Sequence record: MT446413.1
Length of the DNA stretch: 64,000 nt
DNA from: Escherichia virus TH42
Direction: 5' to 3' (one strand)
A program made the translations under genes and the position numbers. The notes under the pieces were generated by a model. That model was not told where the DNA came from, searched no databases, and saw only the letters and a list, made by a program, of their open reading frames with translations. How positions within the stretch are numbered: position 1 is the first letter of the stretch; every line of letters starts with the position of its first letter. Below, piece by piece: positions 46,201 through 54,560 of this stretch.

Positions 46201-47628
46201 AAACATTTGCAAGCACGTCAAGAACGTCTTGAGACGCTCCGTAACAGAGCTAAAGCTCGTAGTGATGCCAAGGCAGCAATAGAGACAGAAAGACAGTCTC
46301 TCGAGGCTATAGCGGCTCAGAAATCGGAGATGGAGAACCTGTTGAAAGATTTACCAGAGTCGGTACGTGAGTCTCAGGAAGGTCGTACACTGAAACAGTT
46401 AGCAGCTCACCACGATAAGAACTCTCCTGTACCACCGGAGCGTTTCCGTAGTATTATCGAACGTATCCACAACGCAGAAAGTGATTACATTGACCGTAAG
46501 CGTCGTCTCACTGAAGCGGAAGAAGATGCTCGAGAAGCTAAGTGGAATAAGATGTATGAACAGGCGGAAGAGATGAACCGTAAATACGACATTGATTCCC
46601 GTGTACAACGTGACAAGAAGCTCAAAGAAGCTCAGGAAGCAGAGAACGATCGCATGGCAATACAACGCCAACGTGATGACATTCATAAGCGCCTGATGCG
46701 TTCTATGGAGGATAAAGGGATTCCTAAAGAAGATGCAGAAATCTTTGCAGGTTCTTATATGGATAACCGTTACTCTCTTCTGGAGAAACCTATGACTCCT
46801 ACTGAGCACCAGAATGCTCGTTCTCGTATTGAATCGGATATTTCAAAGTTTGCTAAGGATTTTGAGAAGATGACACCAATCGAGAAAGATATTGCTAAGG
46901 CAACTGGTGATATGGATGGGAAGGTAGAGGTGGATGCAGACACTTCGAAAGCTATCGAAGATGCGAAGAAGGTAGATTCTGAGTTGAAGAAACTTCAGGA
47001 TGAGGAGTTGGAAATGGAGAAAGTTCGTTCGGCATTGCCAGAAGATGAAAGATCTCAAGCCTCCTCTGATATACTGGAAAGCATTAAGAAGCAGGAAGAT
47101 GACTTTGCTAACAAAGCAGAGAAAGCTTTTATCGAAGGTAAAGACTTGCAGGAACTGGCTAGTGTAGCAGAGGTTCTAGATAGAGTTCATGGTGCTGACA
47201 AGGCTGGTAACAACCGTCGCTTTGTACGTGCATTACAAACTGCTGCGGAGAACAAGAAACAGTATGGGGATAATCCAGTGGCTTGGTTTAGTGCTGATGA
47301 CTATTCTGCTATTGCTAAACTTGGGGCTGCTTCAGCGGGTGGTAACAAATCTAGAGCACTGGAGAAAATCTTTGGTTCTACTGCTGAACAAGCTAAAGGG
47401 AAACTTTTAGGGCGGGATGATGTAGCGAAGATTAGACGTGTGATTGAAGAGAATCCTGATGTTAAGATCCCTTCTTACAAGACAACTACTCGACAAGAGT
47501 ATTTACAGTTCTTGGAGAAGTATAATGACGAGGGAGAGTTGAAAGTCAAACGTGGTTCTCTGTCTGACAAGTTGGAGAGAAGTAAGCGTCAAGCTAAACT
47601 CCGTGTTAGAGTTCGAGCTAAGGAGTAA
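43210..47628 (+). CDS. very large helical virion protein (1472 aa)
   Basis: Longest ORF in window; Gly/Ala-rich N-terminus then E/K/R/A-rich helical sequence; internal peptide repeat TARDLVAQRRA(L/V) twice. Confidence 0.6.
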   Translation: MANLKPWEEASKSPAYLNASPEQQSQMREQYKAAGGTIPEAAPAPKQEEQPGLVGDFAQGVSNAIQSGGANIAASAARGIGGLVEIGENLAGTQTSYGKRIQDNSKNLLEERLSQIEDGVGKSVGQYAGVAADIGLTVANPAVAAAVIAARETGRAYADQTPEEGEEKSVLDAGLVGGANFAAQKILPGMTGTASTTLGRVGQSVASNAVAGAKGGALVGAAEAQNKYGDDTTLANIIEGAVEEGAMGAAYGGAIGGVHGLISRPSPQVFDRTPEHVKTDIAAEDEAIRSAKNADELREAYSKADNANTASALNLLDENGFRVTDAVAMDSPAAQRILNTDQSRAEKAATILEDRSNVPGLNPLAAPNKKQGKANADNEHNQKQAVAMKDAMADYTKDNTKSLSDVLDNLDRELTAARASGDFTGSAMDIKNRTQADRDFIDAYKTFYNEANRFKARDGEDFNNFIEKATELQKLADNVSPEMKTAIGGLKKLKGMPEGFNPIQDAFTLNNTAKLMSNQDRGWTSLTADGFKEAAPPVLIKNPLGAAKHVLNRFRSDRARSQRESQQAANSEAIRSLARSDMEVTRARAQADEARAAMEKEPEVDDIKFKTQNDTEIEPVREPSATTVTEEISSPETSPLTARDLVAQRRALKEAEARRQEAEANKVQEEPTPEPVPQEPVTTARDLVAQRRAVAEARKRQEAEEASKAAESVPEEPTVQAEPLPTRAPKAPEIEPEPVKPATGIERLAAMSSAARQATKDRADRFARSLYTAGAKAKATAENFLSYKGDPKELMRRIRQEDQANNAERHAEMARNQLASQQGIAAAKSQRVRSSFADWVKERGLPSDIATKALRAEEKGIGGNVTSLDSLKRRSERLYQKQRDDEFNKMYEEALAENKKLDKADAPKLVDQKKELHSEINLLLDAEPLRPAQKDAMRKLMEDFVDGKFKASEKAGREDALEVGQMKDIWDGFINTYNREVNMFNKANKNSQYEAAAKHLQARQERLETLRNRAKARSDAKAAIETERQSLEAIAAQKSEMENLLKDLPESVRESQEGRTLKQLAAHHDKNSPVPPERFRSIIERIHNAESDYIDRKRRLTEAEEDAREAKWNKMYEQAEEMNRKYDIDSRVQRDKKLKEAQEAENDRMAIQRQRDDIHKRLMRSMEDKGIPKEDAEIFAGSYMDNRYSLLEKPMTPTEHQNARSRIESDISKFAKDFEKMTPIEKDIAKATGDMDGKVEVDADTSKAIEDAKKVDSELKKLQDEELEMEKVRSALPEDERSQASSDILESIKKQEDDFANKAEKAFIEGKDLQELASVAEVLDRVHGADKAGNNRRFVRALQTAAENKKQYGDNPVAWFSADDYSAIAKLGAASAGGNKSRALEKIFGSTAEQAKGKLLGRDDVAKIRRVIEENPDVKIPSYKTTTRQEYLQFLEKYNDEGELKVKRGSLSDKLERSKRQAKLRVRVRAKE

Positions 47629-47633
47629 ATGAG

Positions 47634-47672
47634 AAAAGCCCCCAACCTGAAAAGGAAGGGGGCTTCTTTATT
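47634..47672. terminator. bidirectional terminator between convergent blocks
   Basis: AGCCCCC...GGGGGCT stem flanked by A-tract upstream and T-tract downstream. Confidence 0.6.
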
Positions 47673-47786
47673 TCTAGATGTTAGAATCCATCGAATTCAT
47701 CATACATCCCAATTTTCTTCTTGATGAAGGAGGTCTGGACGTTCATCAAACACTCCCCCAATCTTCTTCTTCGATCATAAGACCTC

Positions 47787-48146
47787 CTAGATTAAATCAT
47801 AATACTTAATAATATCAGAGAGCTTAAACTCTCGAATGTCATTCTTGTCATTGTCCCAAGCGGTCATTATCCAACAAGGTTTGCCCCCATTATGATAACG
47901 GGAAGAAGCAACTGAGGTTCGTATAGGAACAACGGAGCGGTCTGCAATTTCACCTCTCCAATTACGATAGCTAAAGCGAAGAACTTGTTTCGTAGATACT
48001 TGATCATAGGTGTTTTCCTTGTTCATAGATTCAAAGACTTCTCTTTCTTCAGGAGTCTCTAGATTTTTTAAATTCTCGTCTTGCATCATTCTCTTCCTTA
48101 GTTTTAATCTTATGACAAGGCTCTTTACACAAGACTTGAAAGCCAT
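47787..48146 (-). CDS. hypothetical protein (start uncertain)
   Basis: Track ORF overlaps the 3' end of the HNH gene; likely starts at an internal Met (MMQDENL, about 48089). Confidence 0.4.
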   Translation of the reverse strand: MAFKSCVKSLVIRLKLRKRMMQDENLKNLETPEEREVFESMNKENTYDQVSTKQVLRFSYRNWRGEIADRSVVPIRTSVASSRYHNGGKPCWIMTAWDNDKNDIREFKLSDIIKYYDLI

Positions 48147-48453
48147 CTACTTCAACCAAAGCTCTCTCGATGATTTCATCCCAAGAAGCTTCATGGTCCA
48201 CTGGAACAATAGGGTTGATATGGTCAACAGCTACCTCTTTGAGAGGAGAGTCATTACCGCACATGGCACACTCATAGTGCATTGCCAGTTTACCAGTTTT
48301 GGGGTTGATCTTACGCTCTGTCTGAGCCTCTTTAAGAGAGTCAAACATAGGCTTCCACTTTCTAGTGAGAGAACGAATCCCTGACTTGATGAAGGAATTA
48401 TATCGTGCTTCAGTCCACTGACCAGAGCATCTAGTTTTCTCAGCTTTCGCCAT
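48049..48453 (-). CDS. HNH endonuclease
   Basis: YECAMCGNDSPLKEVAVDHINPIVP...LCKEPCHKIK = zinc-ribbon plus HNH motif; start moved to internal MAKAEK because the N-terminal 56 residues of the track ORF look non-coding. Confidence 0.6.
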   Translation of the reverse strand: MAKAEKTRCSGQWTEARYNSFIKSGIRSLTRKWKPMFDSLKEAQTERKINPKTGKLAMHYECAMCGNDSPLKEVAVDHINPIVPVDHEASWDEIIERALVEVDGFQVLCKEPCHKIKTKEENDARREFKKSRDS

Positions 48454-48631
48454 AACCCACATCCATGTCAGCATCTTCCCAAATACGTTTGTTAATACGA
48501 TGTGATTCTTTTTCAGCACGAGGGATACGTCCTGTACGACGATCAAATGCTTGGTGTTTAATCTTCTGGTCTTTACGAGACTCACGATTAGAGGAATTTT
48601 CATCATACGAACGATAGTCAAATTTACCCAT
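48440..48631 (-). CDS. hypothetical basic protein (63 aa), uncertain
   Basis: Track ORF between exonuclease and HNH genes. Confidence 0.3.
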   Translation of the reverse strand: MGKFDYRSYDENSSNRESRKDQKIKHQAFDRRTGRIPRAEKESHRINKRIWEDADMDVGYGES

Positions 48632-48641
48632 TATAATATCC

Positions 48642-49487
48642 TTATTCCCAAGATTTATCTAACCACGACCAATCAAAGAGGTCGCCTTCAGCTTGTCCAA
48701 CGAAGAGCAATCGAGCATTTTCTAACATCTTAGCTTCTGCTTCTTCCTCGAACCTCTTATAGTATTCCATTCGTATAATATGATAAAGAGTCCACTTATC
48801 GAATACCTTCTCAATAAGTTTGATAGCAGCTTTGCTACCAATACCCTTACGACGCATAACTAAGTTACCGCCCCACATCATTTCAACTTTCTCACCACAT
48901 CCGGGGATGTTATCTGTACTGTCTCCAATCAACATCTGATAGAAGAAGTTCTGCCATGCTACTTCCTCTGATACGTAATGAGGGGGTACTTCTTTCTGTC
49001 GTTCACCGCAAGCCCAGCGGTAATGCCATCCGGGAGTGATTAACAAATCCTTATCACGAGTACAGATGATTGTGTTCTTTTCTATACGCTGTCGTTCAGC
49101 GAGTGCATCATCTGCTTCTCTACCAAACACCTCAACGTACTGATAATGTTCTTTGATGTAATCACTAACGTTCTGCCAGTGATGTGGTCTTTCTCCCGGA
49201 GGTCGGTTAGCTTTGTAACCTTGTTGCTGAGCAATATCAAATCGGAAGTTACCACCTTCACTAAAATAGAAGACAGTTCTTTCACAACCAGCTCTTGAGA
49301 TGATTACATCAATCTTATGTTGGAGACGTTCAATCAAGAATCCATAATCAACTGGAACACGACCTGTGTCTAGGAAAGGATGCTCTTGTGTAAGAGCACC
49401 AACTTCATACCTAAGAACATCTGCATCCACAATTGCTACTTCAGGATAGATTACATCAGGCATAGAGATCTCTCCGTGTCTGTGCAA
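48642..49487 (-). CDS. 5'-3' exonuclease / flap endonuclease
   Basis: GREADDALAERQ, TRDKDL and GDSTDNIPG motifs typical of the Pol I 5'-exonuclease/FEN family. Confidence 0.75.
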   Translation of the reverse strand: MHRHGEISMPDVIYPEVAIVDADVLRYEVGALTQEHPFLDTGRVPVDYGFLIERLQHKIDVIISRAGCERTVFYFSEGGNFRFDIAQQQGYKANRPPGERPHHWQNVSDYIKEHYQYVEVFGREADDALAERQRIEKNTIICTRDKDLLITPGWHYRWACGERQKEVPPHYVSEEVAWQNFFYQMLIGDSTDNIPGCGEKVEMMWGGNLVMRRKGIGSKAAIKLIEKVFDKWTLYHIIRMEYYKRFEEEAEAKMLENARLLFVGQAEGDLFDWSWLDKSWE

Positions 49488-50052
49488 TACTGTATTCTAA
49501 ATACTCCACCGCCTCTTCTACAGAACAATCATTAAAGAGAAGGTAGGTTGAAAGGTTCGCGCCTTCAATATAGGAACGAGAGTCTCCTTCAAAAGTACAG
49601 CCATCACGATGAATCTGAATTACTCGAACATGGAAATGTTTTTCCAGTTCTTCAACTTCTGCTTTAAATCCACCATCAGAGAATACAATAACATCATTCT
49701 GTGTTGGGATGCGTTGTTGAATACTGCTAACAGCAAGCTTACCCATGCAGGTGTCACCAAACATTGGTTTCAGGTAGTTCTCACTAGTCGCAATCATTAA
49801 ATCTCGAACTGTCTTACCGCCCCATTCAGGACGGCTATATTCTTTCCACTCACGGTCGTTGTATAGCTCCATGAACTCATAAAGAGGAAGTCCTAATGCA
49901 GCAGCAGCCACTCGATACATAGGCTCCTTAAAAGCCTTTACATGCGGTCTAAACTCAGTGTTACCGACGGTCTTCTCTAACCAAGCATTAGCGATTGTAT
50001 CTTTACCACAACCCGGTGGTCCATTCAGAATTACTACTAACGGTTTACTCAT
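49456..50052 (-). CDS. P-loop kinase, putative (deoxy)nucleotide kinase
   Basis: Walker A GPPGCGKDT at residues 11-19; about 200 aa. Confidence 0.5.
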   Translation of the reverse strand: MSKPLVVILNGPPGCGKDTIANAWLEKTVGNTEFRPHVKAFKEPMYRVAAAALGLPLYEFMELYNDREWKEYSRPEWGGKTVRDLMIATSENYLKPMFGDTCMGKLAVSSIQQRIPTQNDVIVFSDGGFKAEVEELEKHFHVRVIQIHRDGCTFEGDSRSYIEGANLSTYLLFNDCSVEEAVEYLEYSIAQTRRDLYA

Positions 50053-50702
50053 TATTGAATCATCCCTTGAAGATCTTCTTTATCAAAGTGCTTCTCTACT
50101 ACAGCTTCATACAGATCACGATTCTCTGCATAACGGCGATAGAAGGTTCCGTGTGAAATTCCTAACTGCTGCTGAATATGATCATGAGGAATTCCAAGGA
50201 AGAGCATAGAGAACATGCTTGCCATTTTCTTGGTATCCATAATATCACTTAAGTCTTGGAAGAAGAAAAAGATTCTAGATTCCAAGAAGGGGTCTCCAGT
50301 AGAGTCATGCTTATCCATCGCAATCTCTAAAGGACTTTCCCATGAGTTCATCTCAGGAGGTCTAAACATATCAGCCTCTGGAATAGAGTAGATACGTCGA
50401 TCTCCAACTGTCTGACGGTTAGAACGAATAGACCAGATGATATTCTTAACACGATAAGTCATGTGTTCAATATCTTTTTCATCAGTGAGCAGAAGTTCTT
50501 CTTGCTTTGCAAACACAAAACGCCAAGCGTTCAGTAACACTTCCTGAGCAACATCCTCTGCTTCGTGATAATCTTTAATGTCATACATGAAATAGCGATG
50601 CACAACTTTCCAGTTCTCTCGATAGAATTCATCGAAGGTTGGATAATATTTAATAGGAATGCCATGAATACGATAGCGTGTGGGTGTTGTCTTCTTCTTC
50701 AT
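50052..50702 (-). CDS. ECF-like RNA polymerase sigma factor (putative)
   Basis: [13 protein letters not shown] resembles sigma region 2; C-terminal [23 protein letters not shown] resembles region 4 HTH. Confidence 0.5.
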   Translation of the reverse strand: MKKKTTPTRYRIHGIPIKYYPTFDEFYRENWKVVHRYFMYDIKDYHEAEDVAQEVLLNAWRFVFAKQEELLLTDEKDIEHMTYRVKNIIWSIRSNRQTVGDRRIYSIPEADMFRPPEMNSWESPLEIAMDKHDSTGDPFLESRIFFFFQDLSDIMDTKKMASMFSMLFLGIPHDHIQQQLGISHGTFYRRYAENRDLYEAVVEKHFDKEDLQGMIQ

Positions 50703-50726
50703 AAGTCGTCCTTAACTTACTTTGTA

Positions 50727-50951
50727 TTAAACTACACAGAACAAATACATTGCTGTGTCAGGACAAGGGATGGCTGTCTGAATACCACTTACCTTAATCC
50801 ACATATCTTCTTCAGGGTCGTAATAGGCCCAATAGGATTGATCTCCATCTACAAAGAATTTAAAAGTTCGTCCCCAAACCTGATTATTATATTCCCATAC
50901 TGCATGAAGTTGAGTAACACCTTCTGGTATTGTAAGTTCCGCTCTGATCAT
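50727..50951 (-). CDS. hypothetical protein (74 aa)
   Basis: Track ORF; 4-nt overlap with upstream gene. Confidence 0.4.
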   Translation of the reverse strand: MIRAELTIPEGVTQLHAVWEYNNQVWGRTFKFFVDGDQSYWAYYDPEEDMWIKVSGIQTAIPCPDTAMYLFCVV

Positions 50952-51208
50952 TGTATTCCTCTCTCCTTGAGAGCTTTCAGTAAACCATTATGGTTAGCAG
51001 CACAGGTTGTGTAGTTGTCCTGATACCACTCTAATGTTGTTGCAAATGCCGCTCCCTGTGCACTCTGAAGCAAAGGGAGATCAACATCACACTCAGCTTT
51101 TAGGTTTGTTGGTAAGGGCATTAGCTGCCTGCTGTTGTCGCTCGTTGAACAAGCTGACATACTCATCGCTAGCGCACACATTGTAAAAAACTGGCTTAGT
51201 CTTCTCAT
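50948..51208 (-). CDS. outer-membrane spanin (Rz1-like lipoprotein), putative
   Basis: ATG at 51208; signal peptide with Cys at position 20 (MSAC), Pro-rich mature part; start lies inside the i-spanin gene in another frame. Confidence 0.45.
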   Translation of the reverse strand: MRRLSQFFTMCALAMSMSACSTSDNSRQLMPLPTNLKAECDVDLPLLQSAQGAAFATTLEWYQDNYTTCAANHNGLLKALKERGIQ

Positions 51209-51440
51209 AATGCATCTCTTTGTAAACAGTTTCCGTGTTCTTCTTCCAGTTAGTTAAACTGGTTAGAACTTTCTTAGCTACTTCATCAGCAGCCTTAGCT
51301 CTCTCAATCTCAATCTCTTGTTGTTTCTTCTCTTGGTCAAGAGTGTTACTATCATTTCGATATTGTTCAAACTTCATTCCGCCAAAGAATACAAGAGCTG
51401 TAAAGACTAAGAAGCCGATATTGTTTTGAAGCTTTTCCAT
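51093..51440 (-). CDS. inner-membrane spanin (Rz-like), putative
   Basis: Track ORF starts at a GTG (51464) inside the upstream terminator; the ATG at 51440 with GGAG RBS is the likely start; N-terminal TM segment then coiled-coil. Confidence 0.5.
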   Translation of the reverse strand: MEKLQNNIGFLVFTALVFFGGMKFEQYRNDSNTLDQEKKQQEIEIERAKAADEVAKKVLTSLTNWKKNTETVYKEMHYEKTKPVFYNVCASDEYVSLFNERQQQAANALTNKPKS

Positions 51441-51452
51441 TTTAACTCCAAC

Positions 51453-51476
51453 GAAAAAAGCCACCCGAAGGTGGCT
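51453..51476 (-). terminator. rho-independent terminator
   Basis: Perfect AGCCACC-CGAA-GGTGGCT hairpin with A6 on plus strand; between SSB-like gene and i-spanin. Confidence 0.7.
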
Positions 51477-51499
51477 AAGCTATTACAAGGAGAGATTCA

Positions 51500-52240
51500 T
51501 TAGAAAGGGCTGTCATCTTCTTCAAAGGTAGATTGAGGCTCTTCATTAATAGTAGGGATACTTGGAGTCGCGTCTTTCTGTTCAGTGTCAGAAGCGCGAG
51601 TAACTTCACGACCAGCCAGAGGGATGTTTTTAGCATCATTAGCTTGGGTCAGAAGGTTACGTTGGAATGGAAACATAGCTTGATAAGCAGCCAAGTTAGC
51701 GTCAGTTTCAGCATACGGTTCGAAGAAGATCAACTCACTACGAGGAGCACCTACAGCATCACGATACTTAGTTGGGATTGGAGTGATGCTCTTGATAGAG
51801 TTTTTCTTCTCACCAGCTTTGTTGGTGTAAGAGTTAACCAGAATGTTGACAGGCTGACCAAGCAGCATATCTTTGAACCAACCCAAATCACCTTTCAGTG
51901 CTTGAACACTTGGGTCGATCATTTTAATTAGGTTCAGAATACCAGAGTTCTTAGCTCGTGGGTTTACATCGAAGGATTTAAACTGACAAGCAGGACGTGG
52001 GTCCAATGCCTTACCATCATTATCTGTACCAGTTGCGTCAACACCAATCAGTTCAAATGCCAAGTCCATACGGAAAGCTGGGTTCTTAGGAGTAACTGCT
52101 TTGGTCTTAGGGTCAATCCAAGGGTCACGATTGTGAACACCTAAACCTACTACACGAACAATGCGTGCTTCGTACTCGCCATCAGGGATTACATCGTAGT
52201 TGGATTTACGGGATACAGACAGTTCAGGGATCATAGACAT
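51500..52240 (-). CDS. single-stranded DNA-binding protein (putative)
   Basis: 246 aa ending in acidic tail EEDDSPF, like the SSB C-terminal motif DDDIPF; call rests mainly on this tail. Confidence 0.45.
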   Translation of the reverse strand: MSMIPELSVSRKSNYDVIPDGEYEARIVRVVGLGVHNRDPWIDPKTKAVTPKNPAFRMDLAFELIGVDATGTDNDGKALDPRPACQFKSFDVNPRAKNSGILNLIKMIDPSVQALKGDLGWFKDMLLGQPVNILVNSYTNKAGEKKNSIKSITPIPTKYRDAVGAPRSELIFFEPYAETDANLAAYQAMFPFQRNLLTQANDAKNIPLAGREVTRASDTEQKDATPSIPTINEEPQSTFEEDDSPF

Positions 52241-52301
52241 ATTAATATTTCCTTATATAAATTTAAGATTGTTGCTCTCTTTGAGCGGTTGGTATACTAT
52301 A

Positions 52302-52309
52302 TACATTAC
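52302..52309 (-). promoter_or_regulatory. GTAATGTA motif (candidate promoter element)
   Basis: Minus-sense motif 62 nt upstream of the SSB-like gene ATG; same 10-mer ATACATTACA at 10991-11000. Confidence 0.25.
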
Positions 52310-52561
52310 ACCTATACAGATAAGGTTCTATTATACTATAACCTTTTTGGTAGTAGATAACAGTAAGTAGTAATGTATATATTGTATAGCTAGTAAAGCT
52401 ATTGCAGGCTTGTATATTGGGCAATCATCGTAACCCTTGCAAGTACCGAAGGGCAGGAGACACCTGCGAGATAAAAATAGAGAATTAAGGAAACCCTTGA
52501 TTTAGGTTGAGGACTCCTAGGACTTTGATTCTCTATTAAAATCAAAAGAAAACTAATTAAC

Positions 52562-53140
52562 TTACCATTCAATAAACTGATTTAGATTAGTATACTTAAC
52601 TTCTCTCTGAAATTGAAGATTAGATTCTCTCTGTTTAGCAAGAAGGTTAAGTTCTTCTTCCTTTCTTTTCTCAAACTCTTTTCTAATCTCTTGCAGAGAT
52701 ACAGCTCTATAATCAATTTGTTCCATAGAAGTACAAAAATATCTCCAATCTCTGATAGTAGAATTATGAGTATGAGCATAGATATTATATCTTCCTCTCA
52801 TTTCATCAGAGTGAATAGGAATATGAGTTACCCAAAACTCTTTGTATTTATAATCACCACTGATGTGTCTAAAGATTTTCATCATATCAGGGAGAAGTTC
52901 TAATCTGTCATGGTTTCCTAGGACAAGATGTTTCTCTCCTTTTACTTCAGCGATAATATCAAGTGCGTATTTCTCAAACACCCAATCACCTGTAAAGAAA
53001 GTTTTATCGCGTTTAGTAACATGGTCAAAAGCTGCTAGGATAGCTTTGTCGTGTTCTTCAATACTGCTAAACTTCTTTCTAAAATTACAGATGTTACGAT
53101 GGCCTAGGTGACCATCACCTGCAAAATAAACTTCAGCCAT
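52562..53140 (-). CDS. calcineurin-like metallophosphoesterase
   Basis: GDGHLGH, GDWV, LGNHD and AHTHN motifs in canonical order. Confidence 0.7.
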   Translation of the reverse strand: MAEVYFAGDGHLGHRNICNFRKKFSSIEEHDKAILAAFDHVTKRDKTFFTGDWVFEKYALDIIAEVKGEKHLVLGNHDRLELLPDMMKIFRHISGDYKYKEFWVTHIPIHSDEMRGRYNIYAHTHNSTIRDWRYFCTSMEQIDYRAVSLQEIRKEFEKRKEEELNLLAKQRESNLQFQREVKYTNLNQFIEW

Positions 53141-53300
53141 TCTCGTACGTGTCCTCGTAATATGAGTAGTTGAAGGATTCAGCTTTCGTTTCAGCCTCCT
53201 CCCTATCGTCTGTTTCCAGAATCACTCTCCAGCCAGAACCTTCAGGATATTCAGCCCCTTCGTCTAGCCAGACTTTAAACCTTTTAGATAGTACAACCAT
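53133..53300 (-). CDS. hypothetical acidic protein
   Basis: Track ORF 53133..53369 trimmed to internal Met to reduce overlap with 53284..53484. Confidence 0.35.
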   Translation of the reverse strand: MVVLSKRFKVWLDEGAEYPEGSGWRVILETDDREEAETKAESFNYSYYEDTYENG

Positions 53301-53484
53301 CGCAGATATAATCTTCGCTGAGAGACTCTTGTAAGAGTCGGGATTGTTCATCTGACACCAGCTTATCAACCTCTTCTTTCAGAGCCATAAGGTCAACAAA
53401 AGTTAGTAGCTCATTCCGGTCAGCAATCACTTGGTATTTGTAATCACTTTGGGATGCATTCTTTATGATATAGTTATTAGTCAT
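53284..53484 (-). CDS. hypothetical protein (66 aa)
   Basis: Track ORF on block strand. Confidence 0.4.
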   Translation of the reverse strand: MTNNYIIKNASQSDYKYQVIADRNELLTFVDLMALKEEVDKLVSDEQSRLLQESLSEDYICDGCTI

Positions 53485-53744
53485 TACAACAATTCTCTCT
53501 GTTTATTATTGATGACAGTCATCGCTGTGACTGGATTATTTGTTCCGAGATACTCTAGAACAGGTGGGCTACTAGCTGGTTTACCAGCCTCTACATAATT
53601 TTTAACCTTGCCACCTAGAACCGCTAAAGAAGCCTGAGCTTCGGCTTCATCAGTATGAACTCGGTCAACTGTCTTCTTTCCAATCGTGTAAGTGTGAACG
53701 TAAATCATTTTAATCCTTAATAACGAGTGTTGGTACGACTCCAA
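53484..53744 (-). CDS. hypothetical protein (86 aa)
   Basis: Track ORF on block strand. Confidence 0.45.
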   Translation of the reverse strand: MESYQHSLLRIKMIYVHTYTIGKKTVDRVHTDEAEAQASLAVLGGKVKNYVEAGKPASSPPVLEYLGTNNPVTAMTVINNKQRELL

Positions 53745-53902
53745 CCCTCAACGTAACAGCGACCACCTACAAACTTAGTAGGTGCATTAAACTCTTTTGA
53801 GATTCGAGTCTCGCAATCTTCTTTACTATAATCTCCAAGAGCATCCATCACCCAAAGAAATAGAGCAATGACAATAGACCAGATTAGGAACTTTTTCATC
53901 AT
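53717..53902 (-). CDS. small signal-anchored protein (61 aa)
   Basis: N-terminal hydrophobic segment FLIWSIVIALFLWVMDAL. Confidence 0.4.
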   Translation of the reverse strand: MMKKFLIWSIVIALFLWVMDALGDYSKEDCETRISKEFNAPTKFVGGRCYVEGWSRTNTRY

Positions 53903-54132
53903 TTACTTCCTAAAGGAGTTTTAGTGTCTATACCTAAAAATATTTCATATAAACCTGAACTCCTGCCTTTTTTAGAATATGCTTCTTTTTTGAGAGCTTT
54001 GTACCATTTGATTTCATCATCGTGGTGATATCTTCTCCTTTCAATAAGAGCTAGGGATAGAGGAAAGCCTTTTACTTCTTTTCTAACTCTCTCTATGTTT
54101 TTTATATAATTCTGCTTAACTTTTTTCTTCAT
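53899..54132 (-). CDS. hypothetical basic protein (77 aa)
   Basis: Track ORF; 4-nt overlaps on both sides. Confidence 0.45.
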   Translation of the reverse strand: MKKKVKQNYIKNIERVRKEVKGFPLSLALIERRRYHHDDEIKWYKALKKEAYSKKGRSSGLYEIFLGIDTKTPLGSK

Positions 54133-54521
54133 CGTATCACCAGAGGCTCTTCAGAGTACACAGGAGAAGCTATTTCTACTGGAGGTGCTGCTCTAAGATC
54201 GTTAAGTCTTACGCCCTTCAGCATCCCTTCTAGGTGGTCCATTTTAGGAATACCAACAGGGAAGTCATCAATCCAAACATCCACAAAGAAACCTAAGCTC
54301 TGAGTAACAGAATCCTTCTGAACACCATTGCAAAAGATAACCGGGATATCTAGACTAGCAGCATCTGCCAGTAGTTCTTCATTTGTATACCCATTAGGTT
54401 CAGCGAATCGGTAAGTCACGATACGAACATCATGACCACGGGACTTCATAAGTCCTACGATGTGTGTCCACATCTCTTTGTCCGCTGTAAAAGTGTCGTC
54501 ATAATCTAAGCCAATCTTCAT
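54129..54521 (-). CDS. HAD-like phosphatase (putative nucleotidase)
   Basis: N-terminal GLDYDDT matches the HAD DxDxT catalytic motif. Confidence 0.45.
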   Translation of the reverse strand: MKIGLDYDDTFTADKEMWTHIVGLMKSRGHDVRIVTYRFAEPNGYTNEELLADAASLDIPVIFCNGVQKDSVTQSLGFFVDVWIDDFPVGIPKMDHLEGMLKGVRLNDLRAAPPVEIASPVYSEEPLVIR

Positions 54522-54534
54522 ACCAGCTCCTTAG

Positions 54535-54560
54535 ACAAGAAAAGCCACCCGAAGGTAGCT
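54535..54560 (-). terminator. terminator-like hairpin
   Basis: AGCCACC-CGAA-GGTAGCT (one mismatch) with A-rich tract on plus strand. Confidence 0.45.

Noticed and set aside
41672-47058. Antisense ORFs inside the internal-protein genes (41672..42220, 42347..42772, 43801..44037, 44449..45045, 46399..46809, 46843..47058)
   Set aside because: All lie opposite long plus-strand genes with strong RBSs; no independent support.
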